A DNA stretch of 64,000 nt from Thermoproteota archaeon (GTDB lineage Archaea > Thermoproteota > Methanomethylicia > Methanomethylicales > Methanomethylicaceae). The notes beneath the pieces are model-generated. The model saw nothing but the letters and a program-made list of their open reading frames with translations. It did not search any database and was not told the DNA's origin. Shown piece by piece: positions 9,520 through 19,165 of the stretch (within the stretch, counting starts at the first letter, position 1; each line of letters opens with the position of its first letter). Both the position numbers and the translations under genes were made by a program. The DNA is taken from NCBI GenBank assembly GCA_016882195.1, contig VGLU01000001.1, forward strand, positions 102,001 through 166,000, read 5' to 3'.

Positions 9520-10845
9520 ATGAAGGACAAGCTTCTTGGAATAGGCGAGGGGATAATCAAGGAGATGAGGGGGAGGGGCGCCGACGAGGCCATCGTCCTC
9601 CCGGTTCACAGGGAGAGGATGATGGTCAGGTTCAGCAACAACAAGGTCACGGTCGTACAGAACTGGAGCCTGATCAGCGCCGACCTTCTCGCAGTATTCG
9701 GAAGGAGGAGGCTGATCAGCAGGTTCGAGGACATATCGGAGGGCGCGTTCAGGAACACCATCGACAGGATCGTGAAGGAGGCGACCCTCGTGCCAGAGGC
9801 TAAGGAGATGGCGCCGCTGCCGGCAGGCAGGAAATTCCCGGATAGGCTTACGAAGGAGAGGATAGACCCGGACGGCATAAACAACAGTGTGAGTCTTGCC
9901 ATCAACGCCGCAGTCAGAGAGGGGGTGGAGAGGGTCTCTGGCGTCTTCACGGCGGACGTTGTGCGATGTGGCCTGATGGGGAGCAACGGAGCGGAGGGCT
10001 ACGATGAGAGGTTCGCCTACGAACTCAACGTGAGGGCATTCGGGGGCGAGGCATCTGGCCAAGGTCTCAGCTGCGGAACCAGGATGAAGGGACTGAGGGC
10101 GGAGGAGGCGGGCGGAGAGGCAGGAAGGATAGTCAGGTACAGCAGGAACCACGCAGAATGGACGGAGGGCAGATATAACGTGCTCTTTGGTCCCATAATA
10201 GGCGCAAATCTCATCGAGCGCGTGGGCAATGCGTGCTCGGCCTTTGATGTGGAGGCTGGATATTCTTGCCTTGCTGGAAAGCTTGGACGGAGGGTGGTCT
10301 CTGAGAACCTAACGATGGTGGATGATGGTCCGTGGGACGAGGGGCTCGGTTCTAGAGTCTTTGACGCTGAGGGAGTCCCTACCAAGAGGACGGTTCTGTT
10401 GGACAAAGGCACGCTGAGGACGTACCTCCACAACTCCGTAACTGCGAGGAAGTTCAAAACAGAGGGTACAGGGAACGCGGGCTGGATAGAACCATCCCCC
10501 TGGAACTTGGTCGTAGGCGAGGGAATCCTCTCGTTCGAGGAGGCATTGAGGGAGCTGGGCAGCGGCGTCTACATGGTCAGCAACTGGTACACGAGGTTCC
10601 AAAACTACAGCACCGGGGACTTCTCCACAATATGCAGGGACGGTACCTTCCTGGTGGAGAAGGGGGAGATCAAGGGTGGTCTGAAGGGCGTTAGGGTCAG
10701 CGACAACCTGCTCAGGATGTTCGGTTCGGTGAAGGCGATGGGCAGGGAGAGGAGGTGGGTCAGGTGGTGGGAGGTAAGGGTCCCGACGCTGCTGCCGGCT
10801 ATGATCATCTCCGATGTGGCGCTGACGAAGGCCCAGGAGACCTAG
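9520..10845 (+). CDS. TldD/PmbA family metalloprotease-like protein
   Basis: 441 aa with overall TldD/PmbA-like architecture. C-terminal ..GSGVYMVSNWYTRFQNYSTGDFS..RDGTFLVEKGEI... Confidence 0.75.
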   Translation: MKDKLLGIGEGIIKEMRGRGADEAIVLPVHRERMMVRFSNNKVTVVQNWSLISADLLAVFGRRRLISRFEDISEGAFRNTIDRIVKEATLVPEAKEMAPLPAGRKFPDRLTKERIDPDGINNSVSLAINAAVREGVERVSGVFTADVVRCGLMGSNGAEGYDERFAYELNVRAFGGEASGQGLSCGTRMKGLRAEEAGGEAGRIVRYSRNHAEWTEGRYNVLFGPIIGANLIERVGNACSAFDVEAGYSCLAGKLGRRVVSENLTMVDDGPWDEGLGSRVFDAEGVPTKRTVLLDKGTLRTYLHNSVTARKFKTEGTGNAGWIEPSPWNLVVGEGILSFEEALRELGSGVYMVSNWYTRFQNYSTGDFSTICRDGTFLVEKGEIKGGLKGVRVSDNLLRMFGSVKAMGRERRWVRWWEVRVPTLLPAMIISDVALTKAQET

Positions 10846-10917
10846 TGTCTTCCCGTGCACTAAGCCCGAGGATTTAGCGGGTAAGGCTTTTATTCCAGTA
10901 TATACAGTAATACAAGT

Positions 10918-11148
10918 ATGACTGTAATTACGGTAAGGGTGGACGAGGAGACGAAGAGGATGATGGAGTCCCTCGAGATCAACTGGAGCGAGTTCATCAG
11001 GCAGACTGTAAGGAAGAGGATCAGGGAGGATCGCGGGAAGAACCTTGCCAGAGCAGTTCTGATAAATGAGAGGCTGAGGAGGAAGACAAAGGGAGAGGCG
11101 AAGGCGGAGGAGATCGTGAGGAAGTTCAGGGAGGAGAGGAATGCCTAG
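10918..11148 (+). CDS. vapB: VapB-type antitoxin
   Basis: 76 aa, N-terminal ..ITVRVDEETKRMMESL... The 3' end overlaps the downstream PIN gene by 8 nt. Confidence 0.7.
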   Translation: MTVITVRVDEETKRMMESLEINWSEFIRQTVRKRIREDRGKNLARAVLINERLRRKTKGEAKAEEIVRKFREERNA

Positions 11149-11590
11149 GGTAGTCGTGGACGCCAGTGTTGTGATCAAGTGGTTCGTGGAGGAGGAGGGA
11201 TCCGAGGAGGCATTGGCAATAAGGGACGGGTACATCGAGGGAGAATTTGAGATCGCCGCGCCAGAACTTTTGTTGTTCGAGGTTATGAATTCCCTGCGCT
11301 ACAAGGGGCTTTTCACGGTGACTGAGCTGAAAGGGATATCCGAGGCACTGGAGGCCTTCTCGTTTGATCTTTACTCGTTGAGGGGGGATTGTGCTAGGAG
11401 GGCTGTGGAGATCGCCGATGAGAATAATATAACGATCTACGACGCCTCTTACATCGCACTTGCAATGATGGAGAGGGCGGAGTTCTATACTGCCGACGAG
11501 AAGTTGCTGGGCAGACTCAAGAAGAGATACCGCGAGTTCGCAAAGGGTTTGGAAGGGAGAACCACAGGCAGTTCTAAAGAGGGAACTTAG
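11141..11590 (+). CDS. vapC: PIN-domain ribonuclease toxin VapC
   Basis: ..VVDASVVIKWF.. with an acidic PIN signature, and ..ITIYDASYIALA... Confidence 0.85.
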   Translation: MPRVVVDASVVIKWFVEEEGSEEALAIRDGYIEGEFEIAAPELLLFEVMNSLRYKGLFTVTELKGISEALEAFSFDLYSLRGDCARRAVEIADENNITIYDASYIALAMMERAEFYTADEKLLGRLKKRYREFAKGLEGRTTGSSKEGT

Positions 11591-11611
11591 AAAAGAGGTA
11601 AAAGGTAGAGT

Positions 11612-12964
11612 TTACTTCTCTACCTCTGCGTCCGCGACCTTCAAAGCCTCGTCGAGGGCGTCCACTCCGAAGTCGATCTGCTCCTTGTTGATGATCAGCG
11701 GCGGGGCTATCACGAAGTGGCTTATCCACGTGGACTGGAATACGCCCATCTTGCCCATTTCTGCAGCAACCTTGTCCACCATCAGTGGCGCTCCGGCAGC
11801 CTTCTCCGCCCGGGTGTTGAATGGCTTTTTGGTCTTCCTGTTCTTGACTATCTCAAGGGCCCAGAAGAGGCCTATTCCCCTAACGTCGCCCACCGAGGGG
11901 TGCCTCTCCTTAAGCTCGTTCAGCCTCTTTCCTAGGTACGCGCCCATCTTCTTTGCGTTCTCCATTAGGTTGAGGCGTTTGTACTCGTTTATAGCCGCGA
12001 CCACAGGCGACAGCGCCAGCGGGTGCGCCTCGTAGGTGTGTCCATGGGCGAAGTAGTTCTCCTCGAAGTAGTCGGCTATCTTCCTCGTGGTGGCCGTAAT
12101 CCCAAGCGGGGTGTAGGCACCTGTGCTGCCCTTGGCTGTGGTGAGTATGTCCGGCTTTACGCCCCAGTTGTCCACCGCGAACCAAGTACCGGTTCTTCCC
12201 CAGCCGGACATTACCTCGTCAGTAATGAGGAAAACGCCGTTCTCCTCCGTAATCTGTCTCAGCCTCGGTAGGTACTCCTTCACGGGAACTATGACGCCAT
12301 TTGTCCCGACTACGGGCTCCACGATCATGGTAGCGACGTTCGCCTCATTCTTTATCATGTAGTCCACGTACTCTGCGCATGTGATGCCGCAGTCAGGGTA
12401 CTCCTGCTTGAATGGGCACCTGTAGCAGTAGCAGTCTGGCGCGAATATCACGCCAGGTATCTTGTTCGTCGGTTCTGAGAACCACCTCCTCGGATCGCCG
12501 GTGCAGGCGATTGCGGCGGCGGTGGATCCGTGGTAGGAGTGGTACCGCGATATGACCTTGTAGGCGCCCTTGGGCTTCATGTACATCCTGACTATCTTCA
12601 GGGCTGCCTCGTTTGCCTCGGTGCCCGATGTGGAATAGAAGATCTTCTCGAGCCCCTGCGGTAGAACCTTGACGAGCGCCTCGCTAACTTTCGCCCGGAT
12701 GTCTATGGCGTAGGCGGGGCTGATGTACGGCATCTTCCTTGCCTGCTCGACTATGGCATCGATGACCGCCTTGTTCTTGTGCCCCAGGTTCGAGCACATG
12801 AGCTGGGACGAGAAGTCCAAGAACTTCTTCCCTGAGACATCCGTGAAGTAGACGCCCTCTGCGTCAACTATGTGCGGTGGCTTCTTCCACCCTTTCTGAA
12901 AACGCCATGTTCCATAGGTGTACTTTGCCACCAGATCTACGGTTTCATCCGGTTGTCCTGACAA
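11612..12964 (-). CDS. class-III (omega) aminotransferase
   Basis: ..DEVMSGWGRTGTWFAVDNWGVKPDILTTAKG.. (PLP-lysine region) and ..YHGST... Confidence 0.9.
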   Translation of the reverse strand: MSGQPDETVDLVAKYTYGTWRFQKGWKKPPHIVDAEGVYFTDVSGKKFLDFSSQLMCSNLGHKNKAVIDAIVEQARKMPYISPAYAIDIRAKVSEALVKVLPQGLEKIFYSTSGTEANEAALKIVRMYMKPKGAYKVISRYHSYHGSTAAAIACTGDPRRWFSEPTNKIPGVIFAPDCYCYRCPFKQEYPDCGITCAEYVDYMIKNEANVATMIVEPVVGTNGVIVPVKEYLPRLRQITEENGVFLITDEVMSGWGRTGTWFAVDNWGVKPDILTTAKGSTGAYTPLGITATTRKIADYFEENYFAHGHTYEAHPLALSPVVAAINEYKRLNLMENAKKMGAYLGKRLNELKERHPSVGDVRGIGLFWALEIVKNRKTKKPFNTRAEKAAGAPLMVDKVAAEMGKMGVFQSTWISHFVIAPPLIINKEQIDFGVDALDEALKVADAEVEK

Positions 12965-13131
12965 TTTTTTTCCCCCCTTAAAATTATAGAAGAAGATTGG
13001 TTATGAACCATAATAAACTTTCTCCTCATTCCATTATGTGCCGCCAGATGGAGGCATAGGGGTTTGTGGCTTTGATGATAGTGCAAAAAAGATTTAAAGA
13101 TTTTGATGAGAAGATGGTTACGGGATGAATT

Positions 13132-15840
13132 TTGAACAGGAAGATCCTCATAGTCTTCTTACTCACATCTCTCATCGCATCATACGTCCCATATCCCACG
13201 GTTTCTGCCTCCGAGAACTATAAGGTACTACTTTTTGACGAGACGGTTACGGTACTCGATAGCAGGACGGTGCAAGTGTCCCTCAATTACAAATTCATGC
13301 CTTTGTTGATGGAAGGCTATTATTACAGTACTTGGTACATGTACATTCACACGGCCGATGCGTATGGAATAACGGTTGAGAACGAATATGGTCCTCTGCC
13401 CTTCAACGCAAGTGTCGAGGGCAACTGGACGCTACTCGTCATCGACCTAGGCAGGCACGTTTATGCCAATCAGAGCTACCTCTTGAAGATAGGTTACCTC
13501 GCTACGGACGTTATAGAGTCCAAAGGCCCTGAGAAGAACCTCAGGATGTGGACGGTAACGGATAGCGTCTACAAAGAGAACGTAACGCTCACCATCAACA
13601 TTCCGAAGGGTTTTGGTGTGGTAAAGTACGAGCCGCTCTTCCTGAGCAGTAGGGAAGGGGCGGATGGCACTGTGCTGTCCGGCCAGATGCTTGGGGTCGG
13701 TTCCGATGCAAAGTACTACCTCGGCGTGGAGTTTGCGGACACGGTCGTGCAATACGCCGTTGCCTACAGCTATACGTTTGTGAACGAAGGCTCGGCAACC
13801 GAAAGCACACCCAAATTCGAGGTGCCCGGCCCTCTAGAGAGTGGAGGGCAGGAAGTTTCACAGGTAAGCTATAACCCCTCCCCTATTTCCACATCTTATG
13901 ATGAATCTGGAAACCTAAGGGCTCTGTTCAGAACCTCGCCCATAGCGCCAGGAGGGAACGTGACCATAACCATCAGCTATGTGGTGAAGATTACCCTCCC
14001 GCCGGCGATAAACGATTCGTTTAGTGGAGGGTTGAGCGACATACCATCAGAGTATTTGAAGTACACCTCGGCAGACAGGTACTGGGAGGTGAACGACACG
14101 AGCATCAAAAGTCTGGCCCAGAACCTCACGAGGGGTGAGGACAGCGTTCTGGACAAGGTTAAGGCAATTTACAACTACATCGTGGATAACATAGAGTACG
14201 ACTACGCAAAGTACCAGACAAGGCTGGCGGGAGAGGGCACCGAGAGGTACGGCGCCGTCGAGACCCTTGCCCTCAAGAGGGGGGTGTGCGAGGACATCTC
14301 CGACCTCTTTGTTACACTCTGCAGGGCCTCGAGGATACCTGCCATTGAGGTGAGCGGCCCGACCTATAGCAGAGATGGGGTGACCTCCCCGGCTGAAAGT
14401 GCTCACGTCTGGACCGAGGTCTACATACCCGGATACGGCTGGCTCCAAGTTGATCCGACGTGGGGACTCTTCGGTAGGCTCGAGGGACGGCACATATCCG
14501 AGTTGCTGTACAGGGACTCTTCGGAACCCAAGTATGTCTGGTGGTGGGTGTACCAGCCCTTTAGCTACGAATTGAGGTATAATATCAGGCTCCTAGCAAC
14601 AGGAGGAATCTACAGACCGGCCCTATCCGTTTCTGCAGACTATGATGCACAGGTGTCGGTCAGCAGTACTTTGAATCTTAGGCTAACCTTAAGCAACAGC
14701 GGCAATGGCACCGCATATGCAACAAACGTAACAATCGCCGCCTCAGACAACTTAATGTTTCTCAACATGTCCTCGCACTCGCTCGGCAAACTACGCGGGT
14801 ACGAGACCAGAGATTTCAACCTAGTCTTTAATGCGAGTTCTTTAGGGAATGCGTCCATAGTGGTAACAGTAAAATATCAGGCAGAAGAGGGCGGGATTGA
14901 GGCGCAGACGTATAATTACACCGTTGTGGTGACCGAGACCCCGACCACCCTTTCGTGTGGTGTTTCGCCGTCTGAAATAACCGCGGGCAACAGTATCAGG
15001 GTAGCAGGATCCATGAGCCCCATATTACCTGGAAGAAACGTTACTCTCACCTACACAAGACCGGACGGGGGAACCTTCGTGAGGATCGTCACGACCGGAC
15101 CGGACGGCTCCTACAGTGACCTCTATCAGCCCGACGCCAACGGTTCGTGGAGCGTCTACGCTTCTTGGGAAGGGGACGCAGAGTACCAAGGGGCACAAAG
15201 TCAGTCAGTCTTGTTCAATGTTGCGCCTGCCCCACAAGGGGGCGGGTCCCAGTGCATAATAGCTACTGCAACCTACGGGTCGGAGCTTGCCCCTCAGGTG
15301 CAGTTCCTAAGGGACTTCAGGGAGAACCTTGTCATTAAGACCTTCGCCGGAAGCAGCTTCATGGTCGTCTTCAACACATGGTACTACTCTTGGAGCCCAC
15401 CTGTCGCGGATACTATAGCGTTTGATCCTACAGTCAGAGGTATCATGAGGGTGATCCTACAGCCCCTGCTAGACATACTCCGGCTTTCGACTGCAACCTT
15501 TTCCCTCTTCTCCTTCAACAGTGAGGTTGCTGTAGTAATGGCGGGGTTGGTCGCTTCCGCGCTCATAGGCATCGTGTATTTCGTGCCGATAACAGCGGGA
15601 ATCCTTGTCGCCACAACCAAGTTGTACAGATCTTGGTCCGTGCCGAGACCGAACTGCCTCAAAGTCTGGGGGACGCCCTGGGTTGCTAGCGTTGCGTTGA
15701 TGCTGCTCGGCGAAGTGACCAAGGCGCCTCTTCTGATGATGATCGCAACGAGTGCCTTTGTCATCCTCACAATAGCCATTGTGGTGGGGGTGACCTCTCT
15801 GAAGCTAGCAAGCCTCCTCGTAAGGCATATCTTCATGTAG
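13132..15840 (+). CDS. large secreted transglutaminase-like protein with Ig/CARDB-like repeats and C-terminal multi-TM anchor
   Basis: Signal peptide. Cys-His-Asp core ..RGVCEDISDLF.. / ..AHVWTEVYIPGYGWLQVDPT... Has ..NSGNGTAYATNVTI.. and CIIATATYGSELAPQVQFLRDFRE, followed by hydrophobic helices. Confidence 0.8.
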   Translation: MNRKILIVFLLTSLIASYVPYPTVSASENYKVLLFDETVTVLDSRTVQVSLNYKFMPLLMEGYYYSTWYMYIHTADAYGITVENEYGPLPFNASVEGNWTLLVIDLGRHVYANQSYLLKIGYLATDVIESKGPEKNLRMWTVTDSVYKENVTLTINIPKGFGVVKYEPLFLSSREGADGTVLSGQMLGVGSDAKYYLGVEFADTVVQYAVAYSYTFVNEGSATESTPKFEVPGPLESGGQEVSQVSYNPSPISTSYDESGNLRALFRTSPIAPGGNVTITISYVVKITLPPAINDSFSGGLSDIPSEYLKYTSADRYWEVNDTSIKSLAQNLTRGEDSVLDKVKAIYNYIVDNIEYDYAKYQTRLAGEGTERYGAVETLALKRGVCEDISDLFVTLCRASRIPAIEVSGPTYSRDGVTSPAESAHVWTEVYIPGYGWLQVDPTWGLFGRLEGRHISELLYRDSSEPKYVWWWVYQPFSYELRYNIRLLATGGIYRPALSVSADYDAQVSVSSTLNLRLTLSNSGNGTAYATNVTIAASDNLMFLNMSSHSLGKLRGYETRDFNLVFNASSLGNASIVVTVKYQAEEGGIEAQTYNYTVVVTETPTTLSCGVSPSEITAGNSIRVAGSMSPILPGRNVTLTYTRPDGGTFVRIVTTGPDGSYSDLYQPDANGSWSVYASWEGDAEYQGAQSQSVLFNVAPAPQGGGSQCIIATATYGSELAPQVQFLRDFRENLVIKTFAGSSFMVVFNTWYYSWSPPVADTIAFDPTVRGIMRVILQPLLDILRLSTATFSLFSFNSEVAVVMAGLVASALIGIVYFVPITAGILVATTKLYRSWSVPRPNCLKVWGTPWVASVALMLLGEVTKAPLLMMIATSAFVILTIAIVVGVTSLKLASLLVRHIFM

Positions 15841-15883
15841 CGGATAACATTAGTGATAGAAGGTTTTTGCCAAGGGAAGAGGC

Positions 15884-17155
15884 TTGAGGCGGATGCGGGG
15901 GTTCCACAAACTGACGGCTATCGATGACGCAGTGAATTTGGTGATGATCCATTGTGGAAGGAGAGACCTCGGGTCTGAGGATGTGGACATAAGGGATGCC
16001 TGGGGCAGGACGCTGGAGGAGGAGATAGTCTCAATGGTCGATGTTCCACCCTTTGATAGGTCGGCGGTCGACGGCTACGCCATAAAGTCGGAGGAGAGCT
16101 TCAGCGCCTCGCGTTCAAACCCCGCGGTCTTCCGAATCAGAGGACTTCTAGAGGCGGGTGGAGCCGGAGGGGAGGTGCGCAGGGGCGAGGGCTATGAGGT
16201 GTACACCGGGGCACCGATACCAGAGGGGGCGGACGCCGTGGTCATGGCAGAGGACTGCGAGAGGAGGGGCGAGATGCTCAGCGTCTACAGAGCCGTCCCG
16301 AAGTTCGCGAACATATCGGCGAGGGGGGAGGACATTCGCGCAGGGGAAACCATCCTGAAGAAGGGTGGGTGCCTGCGACCTTGGCACATCGGGGTTCTGG
16401 CATCCATAGGCAGGAGGAGGGCAAGGGTGAGGAGGAGGCCGGTTGTTGGGGTCTTCTCCACCGGCGACGAGCTCGTTGATGTAGTAAATGCAGACAAGCG
16501 AGGGGGCGCAAATAAGATAATCGACTCCACAAGGCCCATGATTGTGGGGCTCCTCAAGGAGTTGGTGTGCGAGGTGGTCGACGAGGGAATAGTTCAGGAC
16601 GAACTTGGGGAGATCTCCGGCAGGCTCACTGGGTTGAGGGACAGGGTCGATCTCATAGTCACGATAGGCGGGACGTCTGTCGGTGGCAGGGATTTGGTGC
16701 CGGAGGTTGCCCGATCCCTTGTAAAATCGGCGATTATCTTCCACGGGCTCGCGGCAAAGCCGGGTAAGCCGGCAGGGTTCGGGGTGCTCGGCGAGACACC
16801 ATTCTTTATGCTACCGGGGTACCCGGTCTCAGCCCTGGTCGGGTTCGAGGTTCTGATCGTACCTCTCCTCTGCAGGTGGATGGGGCTCGAGGTGCCGAAG
16901 AGGGAGAGGGTCAGAGCAGTCATGTCGAGGAGGGTACCAACCACCCCGGGTATCAGGCACTTCCTCAGGGTGACCTTAAGCAGGCGAAAGGGCGTGCTAA
17001 TTGCCTCGCCCATAGCCCTTACGGGATCGGGCCTCCTCTCCTCGATCACGAAGGCTGACGGAATGGTGATCATACCCGAGAACATGGAGGGGGTAGAGGG
17101 GGGGGACGAGGTGGAGGTCGAACTGCTCAGGGGAGGGTTCTCCGGTGCTAGGTAA
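15884..17155 (+). CDS. moeA: molybdopterin molybdenum/tungsten transferase MoeA
   Basis: ..PPFDRSAVDGYAI.., ..STGDELV.., ..GGTSVG.., ..GLAAKPGKP.., ..LPGYPVSA... Confidence 0.9.
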   Translation: MRRMRGFHKLTAIDDAVNLVMIHCGRRDLGSEDVDIRDAWGRTLEEEIVSMVDVPPFDRSAVDGYAIKSEESFSASRSNPAVFRIRGLLEAGGAGGEVRRGEGYEVYTGAPIPEGADAVVMAEDCERRGEMLSVYRAVPKFANISARGEDIRAGETILKKGGCLRPWHIGVLASIGRRRARVRRRPVVGVFSTGDELVDVVNADKRGGANKIIDSTRPMIVGLLKELVCEVVDEGIVQDELGEISGRLTGLRDRVDLIVTIGGTSVGGRDLVPEVARSLVKSAIIFHGLAAKPGKPAGFGVLGETPFFMLPGYPVSALVGFEVLIVPLLCRWMGLEVPKRERVRAVMSRRVPTTPGIRHFLRVTLSRRKGVLIASPIALTGSGLLSSITKADGMVIIPENMEGVEGGDEVEVELLRGGFSGAR

Positions 17156-19100
17156 AGCCGCAGGAAGGAAGATCTTCCACAGGTTGGCGACAATTGAGGA
17201 TGCCAAGGAAATCCTCTCGAAGAGCGCCTCAAATGAGATAGGGATGGAAACGGTCAGGCTCGAGGACGCGGGCGGAAGGGTGCTTGCGGAGTCCGTCTTC
17301 TCGGGGGTGGACCTGCCGCCCTTCGACAGGGCAGAGATGGACGGCTTCGCGGTTGTGTCAGAGGACCTCGAGGGTGCCTCGGAACGGAAACCGGTCAGGC
17401 TCAAGGTCTCGGGCAGCATAGGCGCTGGGGAGCCGGTGCATAGAGAGATCCGCAGGGGGGAGTGCGCTGAGATAGCCACCGGAGCGCCAGTGCCTCGGGG
17501 GGCAGACTCGGTGGTCATGGTAGAGTACACCGGGAGGGCAGGGGAGTACGTAAAGATCTTCAGGGGGACGACGCCCGGGGAGAACGTCGCGTCGGCGGGC
17601 TCGGATATTCAGGTGGGGGAGATGATCCTCAGAGGGGGGACGGTTCTGGGGACGAGGGAGATCGGGATACTGGCAGCGGCTGGTAAGAGGAACGTGAGGG
17701 TGGGAAGGAAGCCGAGGGTGGGAATAATCTCCACCGGTGACGAGCTCGTGGATGTCGGGGAGAGGCTCTCCTTTGGCAAGATCTACGATGTCAACTCGTC
17801 CTCGCTGAGGGCAGCCGTCGAGGAGGCGGGAGGAGAGGCACTTTACCTGGGGAGGACAAAGGACGACTATGAGAACGTGAAGAAGATCATCGCGGAGGGG
17901 ATAGAAAGATGCGATATTCTCATAATCTCCGGCGGAACCTCAGCCGGGACTGGCGACCTCGTGTACAGGGTGCTGGAGGAGGCGTGCAAGCCCGGGATAC
18001 TTGTCCACGGGCTGCAGGTAAAGCCAGGGAAGCCGACCATAATCGCGGCGGATAAAGGCAAGCCGATATTCGGGCTGCCCGGCTACCCTGTATCGGCCCT
18101 CATCATATTCGACCAGATCGTCAGACCCTACCTAGAACGGCTGGGAAGAAGACCGCCAAGTGCCAGAGGCGTGCTCAGGGGCAGGCTCGCAGAGAGGGTG
18201 AACGGTGCGAGGGGGAGGAGATGGTTCCTGCCGGTCCACGTGATAAGGAGGGAGGAACGGAACAGCGTGTACCCCGTCCTCTCTAGTTCGGGGGCGATTG
18301 GGACGCTGGCAAAGGCGGACGGATACATCGTGGTGGGGGAGGACGTGGAGTTCCTCGACTCCGGGAAGGAGGTCGTAGTGAACCTCTTCCTCGACCAAGT
18401 GACCTCGGCTGATCTGACGGTGATGGGAAGCCACTGCCCAGGTCTGGACCTTCTGCTCGAGCTTCTCTTCAGGAGGGAGGGGATCAGATCCAAGACCGCC
18501 AATATCGGCTCCCTCGGGGGGCTGGGCGCAGTGGCGAGGGGGGAGGCGGACATTGCCGGGATCCACCTGCTCGACGAGGAGAGCCTCAAGTACAACGAGC
18601 CCTACGTGATCAAGGCGGGCCTCCCTAAGGGGAGCTTCGTTAAGGGCTACAGGCGCCTCCAAGGGATAATGGTGAAGAAGGGCACCCCGAAGAGGGTGAG
18701 GAACCTAAAGGATGTCCTTCTGGGCGACACCATCCTCGTCAACAGGAACAGGGGGTCGGGGACTAGGATCCTCACGGACCACATCCTCAAGGCTGTCGCG
18801 AGGGAGAGGGGCTTGGACCTGGCAGAGCTGGTGAAGGGGATAAAAGGTTACAGGTGGGAGGCTAAGACCCACTCCGCCGTCGCCGCCGCGGTCCACCAAG
18901 GCAGGGCTGACGCGGGCGTGGGGGTGAAGAGTGTGGCTAGAGCGTACGGTCTGGGCTTCATACCCATCGGCTACGAGGAGTACGACTTCGTCGTGAACCC
19001 TGAGAGCAGGAATAAGGATGGTGTAAAGGCCTTTCTCAGGTACCTCAGATCCGAGGACTTCAAGGGGTTGCTGGGGAGGCTGCCCGGCTACACCGTTTAA
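17145..19100 (+). CDS. moeA: MoeA paralog fused to a C-terminal periplasmic-binding-protein-like domain
   Basis: The same MoeA motifs (..PPFDRAEMDGFAV.., ..GLPGYPVSA..) plus about 230 aa extra (..GSHCPGLDLL..VNRNRGSGTR..). It overlaps the upstream moeA by 11 nt. Confidence 0.85.
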   Translation: MLGKAAGRKIFHRLATIEDAKEILSKSASNEIGMETVRLEDAGGRVLAESVFSGVDLPPFDRAEMDGFAVVSEDLEGASERKPVRLKVSGSIGAGEPVHREIRRGECAEIATGAPVPRGADSVVMVEYTGRAGEYVKIFRGTTPGENVASAGSDIQVGEMILRGGTVLGTREIGILAAAGKRNVRVGRKPRVGIISTGDELVDVGERLSFGKIYDVNSSSLRAAVEEAGGEALYLGRTKDDYENVKKIIAEGIERCDILIISGGTSAGTGDLVYRVLEEACKPGILVHGLQVKPGKPTIIAADKGKPIFGLPGYPVSALIIFDQIVRPYLERLGRRPPSARGVLRGRLAERVNGARGRRWFLPVHVIRREERNSVYPVLSSSGAIGTLAKADGYIVVGEDVEFLDSGKEVVVNLFLDQVTSADLTVMGSHCPGLDLLLELLFRREGIRSKTANIGSLGGLGAVARGEADIAGIHLLDEESLKYNEPYVIKAGLPKGSFVKGYRRLQGIMVKKGTPKRVRNLKDVLLGDTILVNRNRGSGTRILTDHILKAVARERGLDLAELVKGIKGYRWEAKTHSAVAAAVHQGRADAGVGVKSVARAYGLGFIPIGYEEYDFVVNPESRNKDGVKAFLRYLRSEDFKGLLGRLPGYTV

Positions 19101-19165
19101 CCCCAAAGAGTGACGCATAGGTTCATTTAGCAATAGGGCAGAAGATCAAACTGGAGGCGATCCAC

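Noticed and set aside
9469-11235. Long minus-strand ORFs (9469-10152, 10309-11235) overlapping the TldD/PmbA and vapBC genes
   Set aside because: They are antisense to well-supported genes and have low-complexity P/R/L-rich translations.
13070-13131. Two TGATGA motifs upstream of the transglutaminase-like gene, considered as C/C' boxes
   Set aside because: There are no CTGA D boxes between or after them. The region is better explained as a promoter (GATTTAAAG box).
16148-17530. Several 170-212-aa minus-strand ORFs inside the moeA genes
   Set aside because: They are shadow ORFs antisense to genes with MoeA motifs and have P/S/R-rich composition.
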